From positions 774 through 64,773 of the forward strand of contig CAYLZH010000001.1 in assembly GCA_964388245.1 (NCBI GenBank): a stretch of DNA of 64,000 bases. Direction: 5' to 3'. The notes beneath the pieces were generated by a model, which saw only the letters and a list, made by a program, of their open reading frames with translations, searched no databases and was not told where the DNA came from. This DNA comes from an uncultured Bacteroidales bacterium (GTDB taxonomy: Bacteria > Bacteroidota > Bacteroidia > Bacteroidales > M50B96). This document shows positions 10,426 to 19,621 of the stretch, piece after piece (within the stretch, counting starts at the first letter, position 1; each line of letters starts with the position of its first letter). The translations under genes were made by a program, and so were the position numbers.

Positions 10426-11442
10426 TTACCATTTAATAATTGCTCCGGCCCAGGAAAATCCAACTCCAAAACTTGCTAATAACAATAGATCGCCCGGTTT
10501 TATTTTCCCATCCTGAATATCATGATGCAAGGCAATTGGGACTGATGAGGCAACAGTGTTCCCTATTGTCTCAAGATCGAGCCTGTATTGATCGTCGCGA
10601 AACCCTGTTTTCTTGGCTATGTTTTGTAAAATATATTTACTGGCCTGATGAAAGACGACACGGTTGATGTGTTCAGGCAGGAGGTTTTCTTTGTGTAACA
10701 ATTCATTAACCATTTTTGGAGCCGTTTTTATAGAAAACAGGAAAACGCCGCTGCCGTTCATTTTTATGCAATTATCGTTAACAGTATTGCCATAATTGTC
10801 GGTGAAATCGGGTGTGTTCAAATCTCGTAATGGATATCTTGCCCCTCCGTTTTTTATTATGATATTCTCGTAGCCCCGGCCGTTGGTTCCCAATACAAAA
10901 CTTTTTATTTGTCCAAGGTTGTCATTGGTTTGAGCAGAGACAATGCAAGCTGCTGCACCATCACCGAATAGGGTCCATGTGCTTTTATCGCCCGGGTGCA
11001 GGTATTTGGTTGTAACGTCCGAAGTAATAAAAAGAATATTCTTGCAGGTGCCAGAAGCAACCAATCCGTTGGCAATACTTAATCCGTAAACAAAACCTGT
11101 GCATCCCACATTAAAATCTATAGCTCCGGCATGTGTTGGTACACCTAATTCATCCTGAAGAAAACAGGCAGTATTGGGCGAAATATAATCGGGTGAATAT
11201 GTATTTAGCAGAACAAAATCGATTTCTTTCGGCGATATCCCCGATTCTTCAAACAACTGGTTAGCAACAATAAGGGCATAATCCGAAGCAAGATCATTTT
11301 TGCTGGCAACATGGCGTTGTTTTACACCGGTTACCTTTGCCAGGTCATGAATATTCCAATCGGGGTGCATTTTGTCAAGGTCGTCGTTCGTGACAACTTT
11401 GTCTGGCAGGTATGATGTTATTGCACGGATATATGATTTCAT
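10426..11442 (-). CDS. 3-oxoacyl-ACP synthase III family (second KAS III paralogue)
   Basis: The triad contexts are intact: NVGCTGFVYG, FHQASKYI, IGNTVASSVP. The C-terminus GFGVGFSWAG is typical of FabH-like enzymes. Confidence 0.85.
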   Translation of the reverse strand: MKSYIRAITSYLPDKVVTNDDLDKMHPDWNIHDLAKVTGVKQRHVASKNDLASDYALIVANQLFEESGISPKEIDFVLLNTYSPDYISPNTACFLQDELGVPTHAGAIDFNVGCTGFVYGLSIANGLVASGTCKNILFITSDVTTKYLHPGDKSTWTLFGDGAAACIVSAQTNDNLGQIKSFVLGTNGRGYENIIIKNGGARYPLRDLNTPDFTDNYGNTVNDNCIKMNGSGVFLFSIKTAPKMVNELLHKENLLPEHINRVVFHQASKYILQNIAKKTGFRDDQYRLDLETIGNTVASSVPIALHHDIQDGKIKPGDLLLLASFGVGFSWAGAIIKW

Positions 11443-11529
11443 GTAAAACTTATACTAAAAAGATTATCTTAAATTTACGGTAGTAGTATCATTGCTGTTA
11501 CGATGAATATTGCTCACTTGTTTTTAATC

Positions 11530-13350
11530 TTATTTGTCAGCCATTTTTGCATCGAGTTTTGCTCTTAATTCCCGGCCTTGCTGATTATAATAATTTGCTT
11601 TTTCAATATTTCCTAATTCCTGATATATTTGAAATAATGCTTTAAATGCCTGTAAATGTTCAGGATCATACTCAATTGTTTTTTCAAAGTTGTAAATTGC
11701 TTTATCATATTCTCTTTTCTTTTGATAGCAGTAGCCTAATCCAAAGAAAGCAGGTATATAATCATCCTTTAATTCTAACGATTTGTTAAAATCCTTTACG
11801 GCTTTATCATATTCATTAAAAAAAGTTATGTAAATCGATCCACGCATATCATAAGCCTGGTAGTAATCAGGATATGTTGAAATTGCAAGGTTCAGATGAT
11901 GGATTATATCATCGACAGCTTCTTTATGACGTGGGTCCTTTTTTCCCGATTTGCGAATTGCTTTCATTAATTCTCCCTTCATGGTTCCGGCATAAATAAA
12001 GTTTGCTTTTGCTGAATTCTCCAGGTACTTAATATCATTTTTCAGCAAAGTTGGCTGATCCTTCCAGTCTTTGTTCCTGGTAATAGTTTTCGCCGAATAG
12101 GGAATCAATATGGCAATCACTAACACAATTATTTTATTAATTCCTGCCGGCTTAAGGAATTCTGATGAAGGTTCCTGTTTGAAAATTTTGTAAACCAGAT
12201 AAGCTATCACTACGGAAAATCCCAGCGAGGGAAAATACATAAACCTGTCGCCAACAATTCCCATTGCCTGTTTAAAAACATTTGAGAATGTGGCAATTGC
12301 AATCAGATAGGCTATAATGCCAAATGAAAGGATATGCTTGTCTTTGAGTTTCCAGATTGCCAGCGCTAATAAACCAACATGTATTATTAGTGATACGATA
12401 ACCCATATATTGCTCCAGTCGACAACCGGGATTGTGTTAAAGCCATAGTAAAATCGTAGTGGATGTGGAAAAATCAGCATTTTCAGATAAAAGAATAAAA
12501 TTGATAGACCGGTGGAAGCTTTTATCCAAAAGCTCTCTTCGTAATACAATGGATTCTCGATGAACTGTACTGGCCTGTCTGGCCTTGGCAGGTACATGCG
12601 GGGAATAAAATTCGCGATGTAAATAACCACAAAAACACCGAGAAGGAAAAAAACAACCTGACCTGTTTTCGGTTTCGTAAAAAAGTAAAGCACCACCGGA
12701 TAAATGGGTAAAAACACTGTTACTGTGGGTTTCGACAAATAGGCTAATAAAAACACAGCCAATCCGGCAATACCATAAATAATTTTTTCTTTCTGAAAAT
12801 AAATCAGGAATAAATACAAAGTTGCAATTGCTCCAAGAAAACTTAAAAGTTCGTCGCGGTTTTTTAAGCTGCTAACCACTTCGGTATGTGATGGATGGGC
12901 TATGAAGAGCAGGGTTACCACAAGCGCAAAAAGCTGATGATAACCTTTGAATAATTTTCTCAGGGTTAAAAAAAGTAATAAACATGTTATTGCATACAAT
13001 AAAATATTTATAAAATGGCTAACATGAGGATTGCTGCCAAATGCCGCATACTCCAACACAAATGTAGTTTTAACAACCGGGCGATAGCCAAAGGTTAGCG
13101 GTTTTCCATCCTCATACATGTTGGCATAGAGCGAAATAAATAGCTTCGGAATTATCGATATGCCCTGCTTGACTTCACGATTATTGGTTACATAAACATC
13201 GTCGAAGGAATAATCATTACTGATGGTATTTCCATAAAGCACGAACACATAAAATACGATGATCCCTATAAACCAAACTTTTTGGTTTTTAAGGTTTGCA
13301 ACAGGATCAACCGGTTTCTGTTTTTTACTTACCTGTGCTTTTTTTTCCAT
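11530..13350 (-). CDS. Polytopic GT-C-like (ArnT/PMT/TMTC-type) membrane protein with C-terminal TPR repeats
   Basis: About 10 or more hydrophobic helices occupy the first ~420 aa, and a DD motif lies in the first loop (YSFDDVYV). The C-terminal ~170 aa has TPR-like repeats (YYQAYDMRGSIY, AFFGLGYCYQKKREYDKAIYNFEKTIEYDP). Confidence 0.7.
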   Translation of the reverse strand: MEKKAQVSKKQKPVDPVANLKNQKVWFIGIIVFYVFVLYGNTISNDYSFDDVYVTNNREVKQGISIIPKLFISLYANMYEDGKPLTFGYRPVVKTTFVLEYAAFGSNPHVSHFINILLYAITCLLLFLTLRKLFKGYHQLFALVVTLLFIAHPSHTEVVSSLKNRDELLSFLGAIATLYLFLIYFQKEKIIYGIAGLAVFLLAYLSKPTVTVFLPIYPVVLYFFTKPKTGQVVFFLLGVFVVIYIANFIPRMYLPRPDRPVQFIENPLYYEESFWIKASTGLSILFFYLKMLIFPHPLRFYYGFNTIPVVDWSNIWVIVSLIIHVGLLALAIWKLKDKHILSFGIIAYLIAIATFSNVFKQAMGIVGDRFMYFPSLGFSVVIAYLVYKIFKQEPSSEFLKPAGINKIIVLVIAILIPYSAKTITRNKDWKDQPTLLKNDIKYLENSAKANFIYAGTMKGELMKAIRKSGKKDPRHKEAVDDIIHHLNLAISTYPDYYQAYDMRGSIYITFFNEYDKAVKDFNKSLELKDDYIPAFFGLGYCYQKKREYDKAIYNFEKTIEYDPEHLQAFKALFQIYQELGNIEKANYYNQQGRELRAKLDAKMADK

Positions 13351-13517
13351 TTGGTTGTAGCTTTCAAATTGTATTTAAATCGCGCTAAAGATAAAGCATA
13401 TACCTGTCATAACAAAAGCAAAAAAACCGTTGAACATAATCAATTACCACAAAGCAATATCCCCCAAAGGTTGGAGCGAACTATTTAATTCTTATCAATA
13501 GATTTAAAACCTGAAAT

Positions 13518-14708
13518 TTATTTCTTCGGATTATTGTAGCCAGCAACTAACCACAGCACAATGGTATAGGCTGATAATACAAAAAACACGATCCCTGCCA
13601 GTAACAATGCATTTTGCAGGTTAAATTTATCGGAATACCACCCCAAAAAAGGGCCGATTAAAGCAAACAAAAACCGGATAATAAAACTACGTACCGATAG
13701 TACTGTTGCCCTTACATCAGAAGTTGTGATCTGGTTGATATAATCTTTCAATACCGGTGTTGCAACACCACGCACCATGTAAAAAAGAAATAGAAAACCA
13801 ATTGCCCAAAGCGAACTGAATATTCCAATTGCTGTATATCCAATTGCTATGAAAACAGCGATGAAAATAATGGTTGCTGTTTTGCCCAATCGTTTTTCAA
13901 TGCGGTATGCATACAATGTTACCACTGCAACAGTTAGGTTTAATGCAGCCCAGATGAATCCAATCTTCGAAGGCGTTAAGCCCAATCCCTCTAAGTAAGG
14001 CTGGATAAACCATGCGAATGTAAGCGTGGATGTCCCGATTATGGATGAAAAGAAAATAGTTCTTTTCAAAAGCTTATTAGAAAAAAGTGATGATTTCACA
14101 ATCTGAAGGATTTCCTGAATGCTGCCTTTTCGCTTATGAATGCCCCCTGGTTCGAGGAGTGTTATGGCTGCAGGAATGGCAAGGGCAGCAACAAAAATCT
14201 GAGCGATGAAAGGCGTTCGTAAGCTAATTTCCGCTAAAAAACCACCCGCAACAGCCGCCAGTGTTTCAGAAAAATTTCCGATCGAAATTACTCGACCTTC
14301 CTGTTTCACATATTCCTTTTCACGTTTTTCCTGAACCAGCGAATCATACAACAGAGCCGAATCGGATCCCGATATAAAACTTTGCCCGATTCCCAACATC
14401 AATTCTGCACACAGAAAACCGGTAAAACTTCCTGAGACGGTATAGGTAATAAATCCGAAGGTGCCAAGAATGCTCCCAATAATCATAGTATTTTTCCTTC
14501 CCCACACATCGGCAAAGTAGCCCGATGGAATTTCGAAAATGACTATAGCTATTGAATAAATTCCCTTTAGAAGAAGTACATCGGCCATGCCCAGACCATT
14601 GTCCTCGTAGAAAAGTACTACTATTGGCATAAAAAGCATAAACCATTTCGATATCTTTATCAGATACAGGCGTGGTATGTTTGACATGTAGTTTCTTGCC
14701 ATAAGCAA
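13518..14708 (-). CDS. MFS transporter
   Basis: Has a 12-TM-like hydropathy pattern and the MFS loop motif GYFADVWGRKNTMIIG. The exact start codon is uncertain. Confidence 0.8.
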   Translation of the reverse strand: MLMARNYMSNIPRLYLIKISKWFMLFMPIVVLFYEDNGLGMADVLLLKGIYSIAIVIFEIPSGYFADVWGRKNTMIIGSILGTFGFITYTVSGSFTGFLCAELMLGIGQSFISGSDSALLYDSLVQEKREKEYVKQEGRVISIGNFSETLAAVAGGFLAEISLRTPFIAQIFVAALAIPAAITLLEPGGIHKRKGSIQEILQIVKSSLFSNKLLKRTIFFSSIIGTSTLTFAWFIQPYLEGLGLTPSKIGFIWAALNLTVAVVTLYAYRIEKRLGKTATIIFIAVFIAIGYTAIGIFSSLWAIGFLFLFYMVRGVATPVLKDYINQITTSDVRATVLSVRSFIIRFLFALIGPFLGWYSDKFNLQNALLLAGIVFFVLSAYTIVLWLVAGYNNPKK

Positions 14709-14888
14709 TAATTTGTGGCAAAGATAGGGTTTAGATAAATTTGGGAATTAAGGACATGGGGGAATATTATTCTACCAAAGAGAGGTAAGCCTCGAGTCTC
14801 GAATCATAAGACCTCTATGTTTTAATATTCCTGCAGAATGGTGAAATCAATTGTTTATGTCATTCTGCACAAAGTAAGGACCTTTTTG

Positions 14889-15020
14889 TTATTCCAGATA
14901 TCCCGACACCTCAGATTTCAAAATAGGTAAAATACGAACAATTGTTCCCCAGATAATTTCATTATCAATCTTATCAGATCCATGGATTACACGATTCCTC
15001 TTACTAATAATACCTTGCAT
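14889..15020 (-). pseudogene. C-terminal remnant of a HepT/DUF86 (HEPN) toxin gene
   Basis: The reverse strand encodes MQGIISKRNRVIHGSDKIDNEIIWGTIVRILPILKSEVSGYLE* (43 aa). The R-x4-H core followed by ..D.EI.W..I...LP.LK matches the DUF86 C-terminal pattern. It is far shorter than the usual ~115-140 aa and no MNT partner is visible. Confidence 0.45.
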
Positions 15021-15172
15021 TTAAACTTCATTTTATGAGTCCACTCCGAAAAGTCCAATTTGACCAAATTCTTACTTTTCGGAGTACGCTCATTTTATTG
15101 ATTCAAAAATGAAAAGAACTGGTTCGTTTAAAAAGTCAAACTTTTCCTGCTTTCCAGAGTTTATCCATTTCA

Positions 15173-15877
15173 ATGAACTTTATAAATTATCTTTACACCA
15201 TGGTTGGAACCCTTATTAATGCAGGAGCAATTATTGTTGGAGGCAGTATCGGTATGTTGCTTCATGCTCGTTTGCCCAAACGATTTTCAAAAATTGTTTT
15301 TCAGGCCTTAGGATTGTTTACTGTTTTCCTGGGTGTTTCGATGGCTCTTAATACCAATGAATTTCTGATAATGATATTCAGTCTGTTGATTGGAAGTATC
15401 ATTGGCGAGGCACTTCGGCTGGAGGCTTGGTTAGACCGGTTGAGTGAAAACCTGAAAAAGAAATTTTCGATTAAAGGAGGCCGGTTTTCCGAGGGCCTGG
15501 TAACGGCATTCCTGCTGTTTTGTGTAGGATCTATGACCATTTTGGGTGCTATTGAGGAAGGTCTTGGCGACAAACCCAATCTTTTGCTTGTTAAATCACT
15601 TATGGATGGATTCTCATCAGTTGCTTTGGCAGCAGCAATGGGAATCGGTGTTATTTTTTCAATCATCCCTTTGGTCTTATACCAGGGAAGTTTAACACTT
15701 GCAGCAAGCTGGGCAGGTGATTATTTTTCAGAAGTAATAATAAACGAACTTACTGCTGTCGGAGGAATTATCCTGATTGGATTGGGCCTAAAGATACTTG
15801 AAATTAAAAACATCAGGGTTGTAAACATGTTGCCTACATTAGTGATTGTTGTATTTTTGGCCTGGCTTTTTACATAG
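15173..15877 (+). CDS. DUF554-family membrane protein (YdfK/YqgA-like)
   Basis: The N-terminus MVGTLINAGAIIVGGSIG and a glycine-rich six-helix pattern are characteristic of DUF554. Confidence 0.75.
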   Translation: MNFINYLYTMVGTLINAGAIIVGGSIGMLLHARLPKRFSKIVFQALGLFTVFLGVSMALNTNEFLIMIFSLLIGSIIGEALRLEAWLDRLSENLKKKFSIKGGRFSEGLVTAFLLFCVGSMTILGAIEEGLGDKPNLLLVKSLMDGFSSVALAAAMGIGVIFSIIPLVLYQGSLTLAASWAGDYFSEVIINELTAVGGIILIGLGLKILEIKNIRVVNMLPTLVIVVFLAWLFT

Positions 15878-15935
15878 GTAATCATGTACAGATTAGACAG
15901 GAATCAACAAGAATTAGTCTCAAAATATTGTTATT

Positions 15936-16784
15936 ATGAAAAAGATTAAGTCGGTTACAGCCACTACTTACCGGAAAATCGATGATCAATTGGTTGATCC
16001 GCACAAATCATCGTACCTGGAGTATGATGAGCATGGCAATGTTACTTGTGCATCACAATATCTTCACGACGGTGAAATTGAAAGCAAAACCACATCGAAG
16101 TATAATGAGCAAAATCAGGTAGTAGAACAAACCGAGTATTTTACTGAAGACGAGATAAGCGAAAATGCTATATACGAAAGAAACGACAAAGGTCAGGTGG
16201 AACGAATAAAAAAATCATATGCCGATGGATCGGAGTCAATAATCAAATATGATCGAAATGAAAAGCATTTGACCATAACAACCATCGACGAAGATGAGGA
16301 ACTCGAAGAGAGAGAAATTTTGCAATTCGATGAAAATGATCGTTTAATACTGAAAGAAATTTACGATTATGACAATAAGCTTCAGGAAAAATATAAAATT
16401 GTTTTTGATGAAAAAGGGCACCTGATAAGGCAGGATGAATTTACAAATGCCGGTATGTTTTCACTATCGTCGGAATTAACTTACGATGAAGACGGAAGGG
16501 TTCTTAGCCAGGTAAGCTACAATAACCAGAAAGAGTTAACACATAAAATCATGTTTACATACGACGATAGAGGCCGGGTTGTAAAGCAACAAGTGAGTAA
16601 TGCTTACATTATTTCGTCGAAGTATGATGATGAAAACCATACACAAACTGAAAAAAGGATTAATGCACAGGGTATTGTCGATATGGAGAAATTTTCGAAA
16701 TTCGATGAGAATGGAAATATCCTTGAAGAATACGAAGGACTTACCGTAATCCGCTATGAATATGAGTTTTTCGATGAAAAGTAG
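15936..16784 (+). CDS. Hypothetical cytoplasmic protein built from YD-like repeats
   Basis: Repeats of Y-(D/N)-E-x-G-x-(V/L) occur about every 22-25 aa (YDEHGNV, YDEDGRVL, YDDRGRVV, FDEKGHLI, FDENGNIL). No signal peptide. It is a paralogue of 47581..48636. Confidence 0.5.
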   Translation: MKKIKSVTATTYRKIDDQLVDPHKSSYLEYDEHGNVTCASQYLHDGEIESKTTSKYNEQNQVVEQTEYFTEDEISENAIYERNDKGQVERIKKSYADGSESIIKYDRNEKHLTITTIDEDEELEEREILQFDENDRLILKEIYDYDNKLQEKYKIVFDEKGHLIRQDEFTNAGMFSLSSELTYDEDGRVLSQVSYNNQKELTHKIMFTYDDRGRVVKQQVSNAYIISSKYDDENHTQTEKRINAQGIVDMEKFSKFDENGNILEEYEGLTVIRYEYEFFDEK

Positions 16785-16792
16785 TTGCATCA

Positions 16793-17815
16793 ATGGACAA
16801 AATAGCAATTGTAATACTTAACTGGAACGGGCAGGAATACCTTAATCGATTCGTACCATCGGTTGCTGAACACAGTAAATTGCCAGGAACAAAAATCTGG
16901 GTAGCCGATAACGGATCGACTGATGAATCGGTTCAATTCCTTAAGGATCATTTCCCGGAAATTAATCTGGTAGAACTCGGAAAAAATTATGGATTTACCG
17001 GTGGGTACAATAAGGCGTTAAAACAGATATCTGCTGAATTTTACGTACTCCTGAATTCCGATGTTGAAGTTACTACAAACTGGCTTGAACCATTGCTTTC
17101 GCTGATGGAATCGGATTCTCAGATTGCTGCATGCATGCCAAAGATCAAAGCATATAATGCGAAAACATATTTCGAATATGCAGGGGCAGCAGGTGGTTTT
17201 ATCGACAAGTATGGCTTCCCGTTTTGCAGAGGCCGGATATTTAATCACCTCGAAAAAGATGAAAGACAGTACGATTCATCAAACGAAATTTTCTGGGCAA
17301 CAGGGGCGTGTATGTTTATAAGGTCGAATCTGTTTCATGAATTTAAAGGATTCGATGAAGATTTTTTTGCTCACATGGAAGAAATTGATTTGTGCTGGAG
17401 ATTGAAAAATTCGGGCTATTCCATAATGATCGAACCAAATTCGGTAGTTTATCATGTTGGTGGAGGCACTTTGCCAAACGAGAGCCCGCGAAAGTTGTAC
17501 CTGAATTTCAGAAATAACCTTTGGCTTCTTTTTAAAAATCTGCCGGAACAAAATTTTCGTATAATTCTTTTTAAACGACAAATTCTCGATGGCATAGCTG
17601 CAATTAAATATTTGGCTGGGTTTCAGTACAAATCTTTCTGGGCTGTCCTAAAGGCCCACATTGTGTATTATAAGAAAAAACCCATGCTGATTGAAAAAAG
17701 GAACAATCTGATGAGGATCAGAACTACTGATCAGGTATTTGGAGTTTATCCTAAAAGCATTGTGATATCATTTTTTCTTAAGAAGATCAGGATATTTAAT
17801 GATTTAAAATGGTAA
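16793..17815 (+). CDS. Glycosyltransferase family 2 (WbbL/rhamnosyltransferase-like)
   Basis: IAIVILNWNG, VADNGSTD, LLNSDVEV (DxD-like) and a CMFIR/EEIDLCWR region are typical of this GT2 subgroup. Confidence 0.85.
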   Translation: MDKIAIVILNWNGQEYLNRFVPSVAEHSKLPGTKIWVADNGSTDESVQFLKDHFPEINLVELGKNYGFTGGYNKALKQISAEFYVLLNSDVEVTTNWLEPLLSLMESDSQIAACMPKIKAYNAKTYFEYAGAAGGFIDKYGFPFCRGRIFNHLEKDERQYDSSNEIFWATGACMFIRSNLFHEFKGFDEDFFAHMEEIDLCWRLKNSGYSIMIEPNSVVYHVGGGTLPNESPRKLYLNFRNNLWLLFKNLPEQNFRIILFKRQILDGIAAIKYLAGFQYKSFWAVLKAHIVYYKKKPMLIEKRNNLMRIRTTDQVFGVYPKSIVISFFLKKIRIFNDLKW

Positions 17816-17949
17816 AAATGTCAGTTTGCTGAACAAACACCGGGTTCTCAGGGATATCTAAGTAAGCGTTGTATCACATTTGGTATTAGATAATAAAACA
17901 CAGAAGTATATTATATTGATTATATTGCGGCTACCAAAGAATAATCAAA

Positions 17950-19611
17950 ATGTGTACAAATAACTGGCAGAAATTTTATGACAAAGGAGTCAATTCAAAA
18001 ATAGATTTACCATCGAAAACAATTTACCAGATACTTGTAGATCAGGCTAAAAAGCATGCCGACCTTAACCTGCTTGTATGCATGAACAAAAAGATGAGCT
18101 TTAAAACACTCATCACTCATATCGATAATATTGCGCAAAGTCTTGTTACACTGGGAGTTCGAAAAGGCGACCGGATCACATTTTTACTTCCCAACCTGTT
18201 TCAGTTTCCGATAGTCCATTTTGCTATTCTCAAGATTGGGGCTATATCGGTACCCGTTAATCCATTACTTACAAAGTACGAAATCGAAAAAATAATTCTG
18301 ATAAGTGGCGCCAAACTTTTGATAACCCTCGATAGATTTTATAATAAAATAGATAGGATAAATGAAACTACATCGATCGAAAAAATAGTAATATCAAAAC
18401 CAACAGATTTACTGCCCATCTACTATAAAGTTATTAATCGTTTTGTGAGCAGGAAAATTCAGGCTGATTACAATAATCCAAATATTTATTCTTTCAAGGC
18501 ATTATTAAAAAGTAAAGACTGCCCGGTTGTTCAGGCCGAACCATTGATGGACGAAATAGCTGTGTTGCTTTGTACAGGAGGAACAACCGGTAGCCCAAAA
18601 TTAGCATCATTAACTCACAGGAATCTTATTGCCAATTCAGCACAGGTTGCAGAATGGGTAGCTCCTTTTCGCGAGAATGACGATACAATCTTAGCAGCAT
18701 TGCCATTTTTCCATAGTTTTGGATTAACACTTTGCCTGCACATGAGTTTAATAACAGGTACTCAAACTGTTCTCATACCACGGTTTAGTGTAAAGGCAAT
18801 ACTTAAAGCAATTCAACGCTATAGAATAAATTATTTCCCGGGTGTTCCAACCATGTTTGTGGCTATTAACGATGATAAAAAAAGTACCGGATACGATTTT
18901 TCATCACTTAAAATGTGCATCAGCGGTGGATTTGAGCTAAACCCTGAAGTTCAAAATCGATTCGAGCAATTAAGCAAAGCGAAACTTATCGAGAGTTATG
19001 GACTAACAGAGGCTACACCTGCTGCAATCTCAACACCGATTTCAGGAATCAGGAAATCAAAATCAATAGGAATACCATTGCCCTCGACTGATGCAAAAAT
19101 TGTTGATCAGGTGACATCCGAAGAATTATCATCAGGAGAGATTGGAGAGCTTATAATAAAAGGGCCTCAGGTTATGAAAGGGTATTGGAATAACCCGGAC
19201 GAAACTAAAAATACAATTCGGGAAGGTTGGTTATTTACAGGCGACCTGGCCAAAATGGACGAGGATGGTTTTTTTTATATCGTTGGCCGAATAAAGGAAT
19301 TGATAAAATATAGTGGTTTCAACATATTCCCTCAGGAGGTTGAAGAAGTACTTTTAAAACACGAATGCATATCCGAAGCTGGCGTATCAGGAATCAGTGA
19401 CAAAAAATATGGCGAAATCGTAGTGGCATTTATTAAAACAAAGCCGGAAACAGAAGTAACCGAACAAGAATTGATTGAACATTGTAAACAATACATCGCT
19501 AAATATAAGTTACCGCGAGAAATTCATTTTGTTGAAAATCTTCCTCGAAATTTTGCAGGAAAAGTTTTACGCAGACAATTATCGGAACATATTAACCGAC
19601 AAGAAATCTAA
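17950..19611 (+). CDS. AMP-dependent acyl-CoA synthetase (long-chain fatty-acid-CoA ligase-like)
   Basis: Contains the AMP-binding motifs LLCTGGTTGSPKLASLTH, YGLTEA, TGDLAKMDEDGFFYIVGRIKELI and a C-terminal GKVLRR. Confidence 0.85.
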   Translation: MCTNNWQKFYDKGVNSKIDLPSKTIYQILVDQAKKHADLNLLVCMNKKMSFKTLITHIDNIAQSLVTLGVRKGDRITFLLPNLFQFPIVHFAILKIGAISVPVNPLLTKYEIEKIILISGAKLLITLDRFYNKIDRINETTSIEKIVISKPTDLLPIYYKVINRFVSRKIQADYNNPNIYSFKALLKSKDCPVVQAEPLMDEIAVLLCTGGTTGSPKLASLTHRNLIANSAQVAEWVAPFRENDDTILAALPFFHSFGLTLCLHMSLITGTQTVLIPRFSVKAILKAIQRYRINYFPGVPTMFVAINDDKKSTGYDFSSLKMCISGGFELNPEVQNRFEQLSKAKLIESYGLTEATPAAISTPISGIRKSKSIGIPLPSTDAKIVDQVTSEELSSGEIGELIIKGPQVMKGYWNNPDETKNTIREGWLFTGDLAKMDEDGFFYIVGRIKELIKYSGFNIFPQEVEEVLLKHECISEAGVSGISDKKYGEIVVAFIKTKPETEVTEQELIEHCKQYIAKYKLPREIHFVENLPRNFAGKVLRRQLSEHINRQEI

Positions 19612-19621
19612 ACGAATTCAG

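Noticed and set aside
14344-14721. A 125-aa ORF overlaps the MFS transporter start on the same strand in another frame.
   Set aside because: It is entirely overlapped by the well-supported MFS reading frame. Its sequence is Cys/Arg/His-rich and implausible.
19475-19621. The membrane-protein ORF has an N-terminal extension that overlaps the acyl-CoA synthetase gene by 137 nt.
   Set aside because: The extension is hydrophilic out-of-frame read-through of the ligase 3' end. The internal ATG at 19622 sits 11 nt after the ligase stop and opens directly with the family-typical SIDIMRG helix.
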